Below are positions 51,395 to 60,729 of a stretch of 64,000 bases of DNA, piece by piece. The notes beneath the pieces are model-generated. The model made no database searches. It was not told where the DNA came from and saw only the letters and a list, made by a program, of their open reading frames with translations. The stretch comes from Terriglobia bacterium (lineage in GTDB: Bacteria; Acidobacteriota; Terriglobia; 2-12-FULL-54-10). Both the position numbers and the translations under genes were made by a program. How positions within the stretch are numbered: position 1 is the first letter of the stretch; every line of letters starts with the position of its first letter. The DNA lies in assembly GCA_963666975.2 (NCBI GenBank), contig CAXVYR010000004.1, forward strand, positions 864,001-928,000, in the 5' to 3' direction.

Positions 51395-54247
51395 ATGATG
51401 TGGCTACGATTAGCAGTGATCGGATTGTTATGGGTGAGTTCGCTGGCTGCCCAGGAAAAGGAGCAGTCGGTGGGCTTGGTGCTGTCATCGGATGGAGCCC
51501 GGTTGGTTCGGGTCAACAGCGAATTGGCGTTGAAGGCCAAGGCGGGTGACATCCTGTTTCCGGGCGATTCCCTGCAAGGGGAAGGCGGCACGGTCTCCTT
51601 TCTGTTTTGCCCCGAGAAGTCCTCGCAGACGCTGAGCCAGGATGGCGAAGTTGTTTTTGAGGCGGATAAACTTCGCGTCGAGCAGGGAGAGTTGGTGGAC
51701 CGGAAAGAAGTCTCCTTTTGCATCCTCCCCCAGTTGGAGCGGTCGCCCTCGGCCAGCCAGCAGCATTACCGGGATACCTTGACCCGTTCGCTCGACATCA
51801 CAGAAGGCGAAACCGCCAGCTTTGAGTCCCGACTCCAGGAACTTCCGGCATCCGATCAAGACGCCCTGCGCGCCGAGTTGGAGCCCATCGATCAGGCATT
51901 GTCCCAGGATTCCGATGACCAAGCCGCCCGGCTGGCTCGCGCGGCCATATTGCAGAAATACGGCCTTTCTGCGGATGCCATCGAGGAATACGAAAAAATT
52001 TCCGGCGCATGGGAAGACGCCGATTGGGTTCGGGCGCTGGTTCACGAGGAAGCATCGGAGATGGAGCCGGAAGAGGCCGGAGAGGACGGCCCCGGCGAAA
52101 CCTATGCATTGTTGGTGGGCATCTCTGAATATCAGCGTTTGACCGAGGAACAGCAGCTCCAGTTTGCCCACGCCGACGCCGAGACGTTTGAGGAGTACCT
52201 GCTGAGCCCCCGGGGCGGGGGGTTGCCGGAAGAAAACATCGAAAGACTCACCAACCAGGAGGCGACTACGGCAGCCATCCGCGTCGCAATCGAGAGCTTC
52301 TTGAAAACTAGAGCGGGGAGGAATGACACGCTCATTCTGTTTATGGCCGCCCACGGAACGGTGGCAAAGACCCCCGACGGGCCGCAGGCCTTCATCATCA
52401 CATACGACAGCGACCCGCAGGATTTGGCCAGCACGGCTCTGCCGATGGCCGACATCCAGGCGCTGATGCGAGACCAGTTGAGCAAGGTCGGCCGGGTCAT
52501 GGTGTATGTCGATGTCTGCCGCGCAGGGATGATCGGCACCATCAAGAGCAACACCGTCAACCGGAACATGGAAGAGTTGTTTGAGGAGGAAGGCGACCTG
52601 TTTGGTTTTCTGGCGAGCCGCCCGAAAGAATATTCGATTGAGAGCGCGCGGTTCGGCGGCGGGCATGGGGCGTTCACTTATTTTCTCCTGAGAGCGCTGA
52701 ATGGAGACGCCGACGACATCAATGAAACGGGAAACGGGGACGGATTTGTCAGCGTCAACGAGGTGATTGACTACGTTCGCGACAAAGTTCGGGAAGCAAC
52801 CCGGAACAAGCAGCACCCCACCGAGAGAGTCAGTTTTCTGGATGATCTGGAGCTGGCGGACATCGAAGCAGATGGGATTTTGCTGTCGGATTGGACCCCT
52901 GCCCCCGAGAGCGAGCGAAAAACCCGCTTCCTGGCTGCGGTTACGCTGCCGGATGCGGCAGGGATGTCGGCTCCGAAGAGGCGTCGCCGGCAGGCCACCG
53001 TCGATGACATTGTGTTGTTTGAGGACGCTCTGGAAGCAGGGCGGGTCCTTCCGGAAACCGCCGAGAGCGCCTTTGAGCCCCTGCGCCGGCTGCAACGTAG
53101 ATTGTCGAAGGAAGACTTTCTGCTCCTGGAAAACCGGCTCCGCGTCGCTCTGGAGGACCGGGGACAGCAGGTCCTGCTGCGGTACCTGAGCGGCGACCAG
53201 ATTCCCCAAACCCGCTCCAGCTTCGCCTCCGGGGCACTCTACTTTGGGGCGGCTCAAGTGCTCACGCCGGATTCGCCGTTCTTGAAAAGCCGGGAGGCCT
53301 TTTCCCGGGGCCGCATGCTGATCTTTGATAAACAATATGACGAGGCCATTGAATTTCTGGAGCGGGCCGTGCGCCTGGACCCGAAAGGCGCATATTCCTA
53401 CAACGCGCTGGGCATTGCTTATTTGGAGCAGTCCGATTTCAGCCACGCCATCCAGGCCTTCCGCGACGCCAATCGCCGCGCCCCTTACTGGGCGTATCCT
53501 CTGCACAACCTGGCGCTTGCCTACACGGAGATCGGCGATTACCAGGGCGCCATTCGCGCCTACGAGGAAGCAATGGTGAATGCTCCGCAATATTCCTACC
53601 TTCCCTACAACCTGGGCTTGGTCTACCAGCGGCTGAACCGACGCAACGAGGCCGAGGAGGCCTACCGCGAAGCGATTGCCCTCACGCCAGACCTCGCCGA
53701 GCCCTATAACGCTCTGGGCGTGCTTTACGCCTCCCGCGGCCGCGCTTCGCAATCCGAGGGCTTTTATCGCCAGGCATTAGAGAAGAACCCGGACCTGCTG
53801 GCTGCCCGCCACAACCTCGCGTTGCTGCTTGCTGAGAACCAGGGGCGGGCGCCGGAGGCGATCGATCTGTGGCGCGAGAATATCTCCAGACAGGAACAGT
53901 ATCTTCCTTCCCGGCTCGTGTTGGCCGAGACTCTGGACCGTCAGGGCGCGGTGGCCGAAGCCATGGCGGAATACCGGGCCGTGTTGAGTTCGAAGCCCGA
54001 CTTCGTCGGCGCCCGCATGGCTCTGGCGGGGTTGCTGGCCCGTAGCGGCAATCCCGATGATGCCGTCGAACAACTCCAGGAAGCTTTGCAGCGGAAGCCG
54101 CGGAGCCCTCTTGTTTATGAACAGCTCGGGGACATCGAGATGGCCCGGGGCCGCACGGCTGAGGCCAGGGCCGCCTATGAGTCCGCCCTGGAAAATGCGG
54201 CAGACCCCAAAGCCCGCAAGACGATTCGCTCCAAATTAAAACAGTAA
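51395..54247 (+). CDS. Exported caspase-family (peptidase C14) protein with C-terminal TPR array
   Basis: Signal peptide MMWLRLAVIGLLWVSSLAA; YALLVGISEY; His in FMAAHG; Cys in DVCRAG; GHGAFTYFLLRAL; multiple TPRs. Confidence 0.85.
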   Translation: MMWLRLAVIGLLWVSSLAAQEKEQSVGLVLSSDGARLVRVNSELALKAKAGDILFPGDSLQGEGGTVSFLFCPEKSSQTLSQDGEVVFEADKLRVEQGELVDRKEVSFCILPQLERSPSASQQHYRDTLTRSLDITEGETASFESRLQELPASDQDALRAELEPIDQALSQDSDDQAARLARAAILQKYGLSADAIEEYEKISGAWEDADWVRALVHEEASEMEPEEAGEDGPGETYALLVGISEYQRLTEEQQLQFAHADAETFEEYLLSPRGGGLPEENIERLTNQEATTAAIRVAIESFLKTRAGRNDTLILFMAAHGTVAKTPDGPQAFIITYDSDPQDLASTALPMADIQALMRDQLSKVGRVMVYVDVCRAGMIGTIKSNTVNRNMEELFEEEGDLFGFLASRPKEYSIESARFGGGHGAFTYFLLRALNGDADDINETGNGDGFVSVNEVIDYVRDKVREATRNKQHPTERVSFLDDLELADIEADGILLSDWTPAPESERKTRFLAAVTLPDAAGMSAPKRRRRQATVDDIVLFEDALEAGRVLPETAESAFEPLRRLQRRLSKEDFLLLENRLRVALEDRGQQVLLRYLSGDQIPQTRSSFASGALYFGAAQVLTPDSPFLKSREAFSRGRMLIFDKQYDEAIEFLERAVRLDPKGAYSYNALGIAYLEQSDFSHAIQAFRDANRRAPYWAYPLHNLALAYTEIGDYQGAIRAYEEAMVNAPQYSYLPYNLGLVYQRLNRRNEAEEAYREAIALTPDLAEPYNALGVLYASRGRASQSEGFYRQALEKNPDLLAARHNLALLLAENQGRAPEAIDLWRENISRQEQYLPSRLVLAETLDRQGAVAEAMAEYRAVLSSKPDFVGARMALAGLLARSGNPDDAVEQLQEALQRKPRSPLVYEQLGDIEMARGRTAEARAAYESALENAADPKARKTIRSKLKQ

Positions 54248-54403
54248 AATAGTCCTTCCGTGGTTGTACCCCCGAAGACAGCGGGGCAGTCCCGCCCGAA
54301 GGTAAGCTTGTGCCTGCTGTGCGGCAAAAACGGGTTGCGGGAAACCGTCCCGGTAAAATATACTGAATTCACTAATCTGGAAGAGAATGTGAGGATTGGC
54401 TCG

Positions 54404-55426
54404 ATGGCGAAAAACGCAATAAGAAGGTTTTGTGCCTGTGCGCTAGCGGCGTGGGTCTGCTTCGCTCCGGCCGCCGCAGAGGTGGTGGAAGAGATTGTCG
54501 CGCAGGTGAACAACCGCGTGATCGTGCTGTCGGAATACAATGGCAGCCTGGAAGCCCTCCAACAGGAACTATCCCAGCAGGCCAGCGGGCTGGAATTGGA
54601 AGGGCTTTTCAACCAGCGTTCCAAGGATGTGCTGCGGGATTTGATTGACCAGCAGTTGCTGGTGCAAAAGGCGGCCGATTTGGGCCTGAACCCCGACACC
54701 GAAGTCATCAAACGGCTGGACGAGATTCGCCAGCAGATGGAGCTGCCCAGCATGGAGGCGCTGGAACAGGCCGTGGTGCAACAGGGATTGAACTATGAAG
54801 ATTTCAAGCAAAACCTGGGCGAAAGCATTCTGACGCAGTGGGTGATCAGCCGCGATGTGGGCTCCCGCATCACGGTTTCTCCGGATGAGTTGGAGGCCTA
54901 TTACAACGAGCACAAAGAAGAGCTGGACCGCCCGGCGGGAGTCCACATACGGCAGATTCTTCTCTCTACGGAGGAAACCCCAGCCGAGGAACTGCCCGCG
55001 GTGGAGAAAAAAGCCGAGGAAGTGCTGGCCCTGGCCCGCGCAGGAGAGGATTTTGCCGAGCTGGCCCGGAAGCATTCCGAGGATGCCACGGCGAGCAATG
55101 GAGGCGATGCCGGTTTTTTTGAGCGGGGCATGATGGCTCCGGAAATCGAACAGGTCGCCTTCGCGCTGGAGAAAGACCAAATCAGCGACATCATCCGTAC
55201 GCGGTTCGGGTTGATGATTCTGAAATTAGTCGAGCGTTCCGAGGGGGGAGTTCCGCCTCTGGCAGAGATTCAGAACACGATTCATGAAAGGCTCTATTTG
55301 CAGAAGATCCAGCCTTCCATGCGCGAATATTTGACCCGCTTGCGCGGGGAGAGCTTCGTCTCGGTCAAAGCAGGGTATTCGGACTCCGGGGCGGCCACCG
55401 AGCAGGCGAGCGCCCGAGAACCATAG
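54404..55426 (+). CDS. SurA/PrsA-like parvulin peptidyl-prolyl isomerase
   Basis: VEEIVAQVNN and HIRQILLS...FAELARKHSED...GGDAG motifs. Confidence 0.9.
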   Translation: MAKNAIRRFCACALAAWVCFAPAAAEVVEEIVAQVNNRVIVLSEYNGSLEALQQELSQQASGLELEGLFNQRSKDVLRDLIDQQLLVQKAADLGLNPDTEVIKRLDEIRQQMELPSMEALEQAVVQQGLNYEDFKQNLGESILTQWVISRDVGSRITVSPDELEAYYNEHKEELDRPAGVHIRQILLSTEETPAEELPAVEKKAEEVLALARAGEDFAELARKHSEDATASNGGDAGFFERGMMAPEIEQVAFALEKDQISDIIRTRFGLMILKLVERSEGGVPPLAEIQNTIHERLYLQKIQPSMREYLTRLRGESFVSVKAGYSDSGAATEQASAREP

Positions 55427-55443
55427 GCGCATGCCATAGGCAC

Positions 55444-56484
55444 ATGAAAGAAACCTACATCAGCGATCTCCAGCCCAACCAGGTCATCACCTCCAATTTT
55501 CTGGTCCAAGCCAAAGATCTCCGCGTAAAAAAGACCGGCGAAAGCTATTTGGCGCTGACCCTCTCGGACCGTACCGGCGAGGTTGACACCAAGATGTGGG
55601 ACAACGTGGACCAGGTGCATTCCACCTTTGAGCGCGATGATTTCGTCAAGGTGAAGGGCGCGGTGCAACTGTTCCGCAACAAGCCGCAGCTCACCGTGCA
55701 CAAACTGAAACGGCTGGAGGACAAGGATGTTGACCTGGCTGATTATTTTCCCCGCAGCGCTCGGGACCCCGAAGAGATGTGGGCAGAGTTACAGCAGGTC
55801 ATCGAAGGGCTCCGGAACGAGTCCCTAAAAGCACTTCTGTCCCGGATCGTCTCCAATCCCGAGATCGCCCAGCGGCTGAAGCTGGCTCCGGCGGCCAAGA
55901 CACTGCATCATGCATACCTCGGGGGGCTGCTGGAACACATTCTTTCCTTATGCCGTCTTGCCCGGCTGGTGGCCCAAAACTACAGCCAAATCGATTTGGA
56001 CCTTGTGCTCGCCGGCGTCGTCCTGCACGATCTCGGCAAGATCTACGAGCTTTCCTATACACGCTCCTTCGGTTACACAACCGAAGGCCAGTTGCTGGGG
56101 CACATGATTCTGGAGTTGGAGATTCTCCACCGCACGCTGGCGGAGATACCGGACTTTCCCCGCCCGTTGCAAACCCTGCTGGAACATTTGATCATCAGCC
56201 ATCACGGCCAGTACCTGTTCGGTTCTCCCAAGCTTCCCATGTTTCCGGAGGCTCTGCTGCTGCACTATTTGGACGATCTGGACTCCAAGCTCCAGGGCAT
56301 GCAAACAAGACTGGACCGGGAGAGTTCGGCGGAGGGCGAATGGACTGCATATATCCCTTCGCTCGAACGGCCTTTGCTGAAGCTCGATGAGTTTCGCCGG
56401 AGGACCGGCATGGACGCCCGGGAAGATGACGCCACACGGCAGGACGCGGCCGAAGAGGAAGCCGTTCCGGACAGCGAGGGATAG
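55444..56484 (+). CDS. YhaM/Cbf1-like 3'-5' exoribonuclease (OB-fold + HD domain)
   Basis: LSDRTGEV, HHAYLGGLLEH, LHDLGK, SHHG and DDLDSK. Confidence 0.88.
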   Translation: MKETYISDLQPNQVITSNFLVQAKDLRVKKTGESYLALTLSDRTGEVDTKMWDNVDQVHSTFERDDFVKVKGAVQLFRNKPQLTVHKLKRLEDKDVDLADYFPRSARDPEEMWAELQQVIEGLRNESLKALLSRIVSNPEIAQRLKLAPAAKTLHHAYLGGLLEHILSLCRLARLVAQNYSQIDLDLVLAGVVLHDLGKIYELSYTRSFGYTTEGQLLGHMILELEILHRTLAEIPDFPRPLQTLLEHLIISHHGQYLFGSPKLPMFPEALLLHYLDDLDSKLQGMQTRLDRESSAEGEWTAYIPSLERPLLKLDEFRRRTGMDAREDDATRQDAAEEEAVPDSEG

Positions 56485-56549
56485 GGATAGCGAAGAATAA
56501 AGCTAAGCGCGAATTTTTCGCGCGAATCACCCGCATCGGAGGGAAACCG

Positions 56550-56891
56550 ATGGGAGAGCAAGGCCGCCGGCAACGGCGGATCGGAGTTGCCTTAGACGTT
56601 CGAATCAAGGGTGTGGACCGTTTCGGGCTTTCCTTTGAAGAGAAGGTGGTATCCGACAACGTCAGCCGGGGTGGGTGCTCCTTCCAGCTTTCCAACGAAG
56701 TTGCCATCGGAGCGGAACTGGAAGTTGAGATTCATCGCCATCCGGCTGGCAGGAGGCCTGCGACCCCATTTCTTACCACCGGCGAAGTGATGCGGATGGA
56801 CAACTCGGGCGAAGACCAATACATCGTCGGGGTTCGCTTCACCGGCCCGCAATTTCCTACCTATTCCGGCGAGGACACCAGTGGCGGCTAG
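56550..56891 (+). CDS. PilZ domain protein
   Basis: RRQRR and NVSRGG motifs, plus VGVRF. Confidence 0.8.
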   Translation: MGEQGRRQRRIGVALDVRIKGVDRFGLSFEEKVVSDNVSRGGCSFQLSNEVAIGAELEVEIHRHPAGRRPATPFLTTGEVMRMDNSGEDQYIVGVRFTGPQFPTYSGEDTSGG

Positions 56892-57070
56892 AGTGGGCGC
56901 CTCATTCACAGTATAGTTCGCAGTATAGTTCAGTGAAAGGCTCAGCGAGAAATTCCGCCTTGGGAGTTTGCTGAATCCTCCAGTGCGCTCTCCTTCCCGG
57001 AACCATTTCCTATTCAATCAACACGGCAGGCCCTCGCCTCTTCGGGCGAGGGTATATAATCAAGCTGGAA

Positions 57071-57110
57071 GCGAGAGTGGCGGAATTGGCAGACGCGCCA
57101 GACTTAGGAT
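57071..57110 (+). tRNA. 5' half of tRNA-Leu(TAG), truncated just after the anticodon loop (probable attachment junction)
   Basis: GCGAGAGTGGCGGAATTGGCAGACGCGCCAGACTTAGGAT has the acceptor 5' strand, D arm and CCAGA-CTTAGGA anticodon arm. No T arm or CTCTCGCACCA follows. A -10 TATAAT lies at 57055-57060. Confidence 0.8.
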
Positions 57111-57249
57111 GTGGTTAAGGGTAGTTTGCACCAACGCGCACCACGTCACCAGGAAGCGCATACAGTGTGCAAGGCCCCTTAAACAAAGGCTCCCGAATAG
57201 GTGCCATTAAAGCACCAACGCGCACAGAGAAGCGTGGACCGACAATCTC

Positions 57250-57271
57250 AACTGACACCAGAACTGACACC
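57250..57271. repeat. Direct repeat AACTGACACC x2 (12-bp period), arm-type integrase site candidate
   Basis: AACTGACACC AG AACTGACACC, about 140 bp from the tRNA junction. Confidence 0.55.
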
Positions 57272-57546
57272 GGCCTATCGTTGATTTCCTCTAATCTAAA
57301 TGCTCCTCTGGAATGCAGCCTGAGCCGATTCCACTCGATTTCAGGCCATATTCCGCCTCGAAGAAGTCTGCTCCTCCTCGCCGCCATGCCTCAGAATGGT
57401 TGCCTGGATTTTGACCACTCCGCACCCAACGCCGACCTCCTGTTCAATATTCCCATTGAGGCGACCTTGTCTGTAACTATTTCCCGTATCCCCTAAACCC
57501 CCTCTCAAGGCTCAGCCTTGCGCCTACAATCCGCACTTCACATGCC

Positions 57547-57575
57547 TTGACAAGCCCTGCGGCAAAACGTACAAT
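57547..57575 (+). promoter_or_regulatory. Near-consensus sigma70 promoter of the element
   Basis: TTGACA-N17-TACAAT. Confidence 0.75.
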
Positions 57576-57639
57576 AATAGTAGGAAGTGTTCATGGGAGA
57601 GACCTCAGTTCATGTGAATGGCAGCGAGACCGACACTAA

Positions 57640-57675
57640 TACGAACAACGAAACGAGCAACGAAACGACCAACGT
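57640..57675. repeat. 12-bp tandem repeat x3 (ACGAxCAACGAA)
   Basis: ACGAACAACGAA ACGAGCAACGAA ACGACCAACGTA. Confidence 0.8.
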
Positions 57676-57677
57676 AA

Positions 57678-57704
57678 TGCAGGGTTATATCCCTGCACCT
57701 TTTT
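57678..57704 (+). terminator. Putative intrinsic terminator in the element leader
   Basis: TGCAGGG-TTATAT-CCCTGCA followed by CCTTTTT. Confidence 0.55.
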
Positions 57705-57811
57705 CAAAAATCAAAATTAAGAATTAGACGCGGAGTCGAGCGCGTAATTGCGCTTTGACGTGCCTTTTTAACTGGCTACCTGCGAGCGCCATTGTGTGCT
57801 CCGGAGGTTGA

Positions 57812-57973
57812 ATGGAACGAATTTTACTGTCGAGACAAAACACCGCGAAGGCTATGGACATCTCACTGCGCAAATTGGATGACCTAATCTCCAAGGGCAT
57901 ACTCCCAGCGATCAAGTGTGGCAGGCGGACGCTGATTCCCAGGGCCGCAATCGAAAAGTATGCACGCGGATAA
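57812..57973 (+). CDS. Excisionase-like HTH (HTH_17) protein, 53 aa (not in the ORF track)
   Basis: MERILLSRQNTAKAMDISLRKLDDLISKGILPAIKCGRRTLIPRAAIEKYARG. SD GGAGG at 57803. Confidence 0.82.
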   Translation: MERILLSRQNTAKAMDISLRKLDDLISKGILPAIKCGRRTLIPRAAIEKYARG

Positions 57974-58135
57974 ACCGCGCAGTTTTCAAAGAGCAAGGAG
58001 GGAGTGCGGTAGATGGTGCCCCGCCGCTCCCCTCGTCCTAAATGTCTTCGGGCACGCGCCACGGTCTGCGGAGGGACGCAGCCTGTGGTGGTTTGATTAA
58101 CAACCCTAATTTTCTTTTCAACAGGAGGATCTTTA

Positions 58136-58354
58136 ATGATGCAAAAAAATAGATCGGCCAAATTAAATCTGTACGAGGGGGCCGCCCTGGTGGACCTTCC
58201 ACCAGCGACATTCTACACCCTCGGATCGCATGGAATAATTCCGTGCCAACGTAAGGGCAGCGAACTGACCGTCAGTCGGGAATCTTTGGTCAATTGGGCG
58301 CGACTATGGGGTGAGCGACTAAGCGGCGTCTACTCCGCAACGGAGGTGAAGTGA
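58136..58354 (+). CDS. Second excisionase-like HTH protein
   Basis: LNLYEGAALVDLPPATFY...GIIPCQRKG...VSRESLVNW pattern. SD AGGAGG upstream. Confidence 0.65.
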   Translation: MMQKNRSAKLNLYEGAALVDLPPATFYTLGSHGIIPCQRKGSELTVSRESLVNWARLWGERLSGVYSATEVK

Positions 58355-59313
58355 TGCAATCTTTCACGGCGGCTGAGCTGGTTCGGCTTTCCAGCGAACA
58401 ACCATCAACCCCGGTCATTGAGGGCCTGCTGAACGAGGGCGGCATAATGCTGATCCACGGAGCCGAACAGAGCTTCAAGTCTCTCTTTGCGTTCCAAGTC
58501 GCAGAGAGTATGGCCTCGGCCACCCCACTTCTGAGGTTGTGGAGTGTGCCACGTCCCCGCAAGGTAGGCGTCATCGCGACGACAATGAAACCTCCTGAAT
58601 TGGGGGTAAGGTTGGCGAAGATGTTCGCTAATAGGGAGCTTCCAGACAACATCCAGTTTCTAACCAATAAAAAACTAATCGGTTGGTTGGGGGGACCTTT
58701 GGCGGACAAATTCATTGGAGGATGGATCGCGGAACAAGCAATTGAAATTTCCATAATTGACGCAGCGAATAATTGCATTGAGGTGGCAAAGCGAGACTCC
58801 TCGTACTATAAGGGGAGAAGCTGCTTCCTTGACGCTGATGTCGTGAACAATTTTTTCACCGCCTTACGGAGACTCCCAGTTCAGGCCCGACTCGTGGTGC
58901 TACAAGATCGCCAGCGGAAGTTGGAGAGGGTGCCAAATTGGAATGAACAGTCGGACGTCATTCTCCGTATGAAACGCGTCCAAAGGACAAACGAGGTTCG
59001 CCTGCATATCGAGAAGCTACATCCAGGTAAACTCGACACTATCAGTCTTTGGTTTGACCAGGTTTGCTTCCGATTGACCCCCCTGCCCCCGGTTGTTGCA
59101 GTTTTGGAGTACGGCCCCCGATCACTCGCGGAGCTGATGGCCGACCTCAGAGTGCGTTTCGGAATTGACGGCAGCACGGGAGGCAAAATGCTCAATGAGC
59201 AGAAACCATATCTGCGGGAAAGTCCAAAAGATGTTTTCGAGATCAACTGGGCGCGGGCCGAAAAAGCTCCTTGGCATCCGTTCCTGGTCAATCCAGCAGG
59301 GGGGCCACAGTGA
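58351..59313 (+). CDS. AAA_25/RepA-like P-loop ATPase
   Basis: VIEGLL..GGIMLIHGAEQSFKS (variant Walker A) and ISIIDAA (Walker B). GTGA coupling to the upstream HTH gene. Confidence 0.7.
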   Translation: MMQSFTAAELVRLSSEQPSTPVIEGLLNEGGIMLIHGAEQSFKSLFAFQVAESMASATPLLRLWSVPRPRKVGVIATTMKPPELGVRLAKMFANRELPDNIQFLTNKKLIGWLGGPLADKFIGGWIAEQAIEISIIDAANNCIEVAKRDSSYYKGRSCFLDADVVNNFFTALRRLPVQARLVVLQDRQRKLERVPNWNEQSDVILRMKRVQRTNEVRLHIEKLHPGKLDTISLWFDQVCFRLTPLPPVVAVLEYGPRSLAELMADLRVRFGIDGSTGGKMLNEQKPYLRESPKDVFEINWARAEKAPWHPFLVNPAGGPQ

Positions 59314-59342
59314 CCGATCAATCACTTAACGAGGAGGTCTGC

Positions 59343-59636
59343 ATGGAAACCGATCACATGGAACAAGACTTGGGCACAGCCGCCTTTTTGCAGGTACGCG
59401 GCTTTCGCCTGCTGGGGCTTGCGCCTACTGGTGCAGGCCGATATGCCTTCAGGTTTGCAGACCCGGATGGAGAGGCTTCAGCGGCCTCCCTAGCCTACCT
59501 CCAGGGCGAAGCTGTGGCTGCCTACAGTCTGGTTGCCGCTGAGAAGAGCCTGAAGACGTTTTTATACGCAACTAAGGATGGAAATGTTAATGGAAAAAGA
59601 TATGGAAAGAATGCCCGCAACTCCCGGCGACCATAA
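59343..59636 (+). CDS. Small phage-type protein (DUF5659-like)
   Basis: DLGTAAFLQVRGFRLLG...YAFRF pattern. SD GAGGAGG upstream. Confidence 0.55.
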   Translation: METDHMEQDLGTAAFLQVRGFRLLGLAPTGAGRYAFRFADPDGEASAASLAYLQGEAVAAYSLVAAEKSLKTFLYATKDGNVNGKRYGKNARNSRRP

Positions 59637-60711
59637 CCCACCGATCCAAGATGTTCCCTCCGGAACAGTGGAGCCAATTGGCAGAGGCGACGTTACGCTC
59701 TCGCAGTCGACTGGTCTCTGCAACCAATACGGTGAGCAGCTCGGCACTGCCACGTCACTTGTCCAACCTCGACCTGTGCTTTCCGGGACGATCTGGGAAG
59801 TTCGTGGTTTCCAAGATGCCATGAAAGGCTCCGATGAAAAGCCGCCCTGGGTGATTGAAGATTTGCTGATGGAACAGAGCGCCACAATCGTTTCGGCGCA
59901 GCCTCACTCTATGAAGTCTCTGTCTTGGCTGGCAGCAAGTCTTGAGGCAGTTACGAAGCAGGAGGTGTGGGGATATTTTGCTGCTCCGAATGTGAAAAAT
60001 GCCCTTTTTATCGAGACTGAGGACCCGCACTGGATGGTAGAGTCCCGGATTCGCGGGTTGGCCAAAGGCTTGGGAATCGGCGAGGATGAGCCGGTTCCTG
60101 GGTTTTACTATGCTTGCATTGGACCCTTTGACCTGCTCAAAGAGGAAAAGAATATCCGAAACTTAATCAAAGAGCATCAGCTCAACTTCATCGTCTTAAG
60201 CACGTTGCAGAATCTCCTTGCTGGCCGGGATTGGTTAAGCCAGCAGGAGATGCAACCCATCATGGCCTTGATTATTCGGCTATCGCGAGAGTGCCCGGTT
60301 GTATTGGTCACACACTCACCTTGGGATAAACGGGCGAAGCGTGCGGCAGGAACTGTGACGCAGACGGCCAATTTTCTGACCGCGATACATTTTGAGAAGA
60401 AAAGAGACCCTAAGACCGGCGAGACATTCGCCCGTGTGACTGTGGACAGCAAGGTCGGCGCGGAGGAGACTGACTTCAGCTTGAAGCTGGTTACCGAAGG
60501 AGCTGACTTGCGAGACCCTGGCAATGTGCGAAGGTTGGTTTATGCAGGGGGAGGGTCGGGCGGTGGGTCGAAGAAGGATGCAATCCTGGCCGCGCACAAA
60601 GAGAGCCCGGATGCGACTGCGGCTGAGATTGTCGAGCAAGTGGGGGCTGGAAAACGGTATGTGCAGAGGGTTCTCAAGGAAGCCAAGGGTCCGACGGAGG
60701 GTGAGGAATAG
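59578..60711 (+). CDS. AAA_25/RepA-like ATPase with C-terminal HTH
   Basis: WVIEDLL..ATIVSAQPHSMKS, LFIETED and VVLVTH motifs. C-terminal TAAEIVEQVGAGKRYVQRVL HTH. Confidence 0.72.
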   Translation: MEMLMEKDMERMPATPGDHNPPIQDVPSGTVEPIGRGDVTLSQSTGLCNQYGEQLGTATSLVQPRPVLSGTIWEVRGFQDAMKGSDEKPPWVIEDLLMEQSATIVSAQPHSMKSLSWLAASLEAVTKQEVWGYFAAPNVKNALFIETEDPHWMVESRIRGLAKGLGIGEDEPVPGFYYACIGPFDLLKEEKNIRNLIKEHQLNFIVLSTLQNLLAGRDWLSQQEMQPIMALIIRLSRECPVVLVTHSPWDKRAKRAAGTVTQTANFLTAIHFEKKRDPKTGETFARVTVDSKVGAEETDFSLKLVTEGADLRDPGNVRRLVYAGGGSGGGSKKDAILAAHKESPDATAAEIVEQVGAGKRYVQRVLKEAKGPTEGEE

Positions 60712-60729
60712 CGTGACATTGTATGAAAC

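Noticed and set aside
51485-53752. 755-aa minus-strand ORF
   Set aside because: Antisense shadow of the caspase-TPR gene, with no motifs; typical of high-GC DNA.
57111-57500. Group I intron in tRNA-Leu
   Set aside because: The break is after the anticodon loop rather than within it, no 3' exon was found, no group I core was recognised, and mobile-element genes follow.
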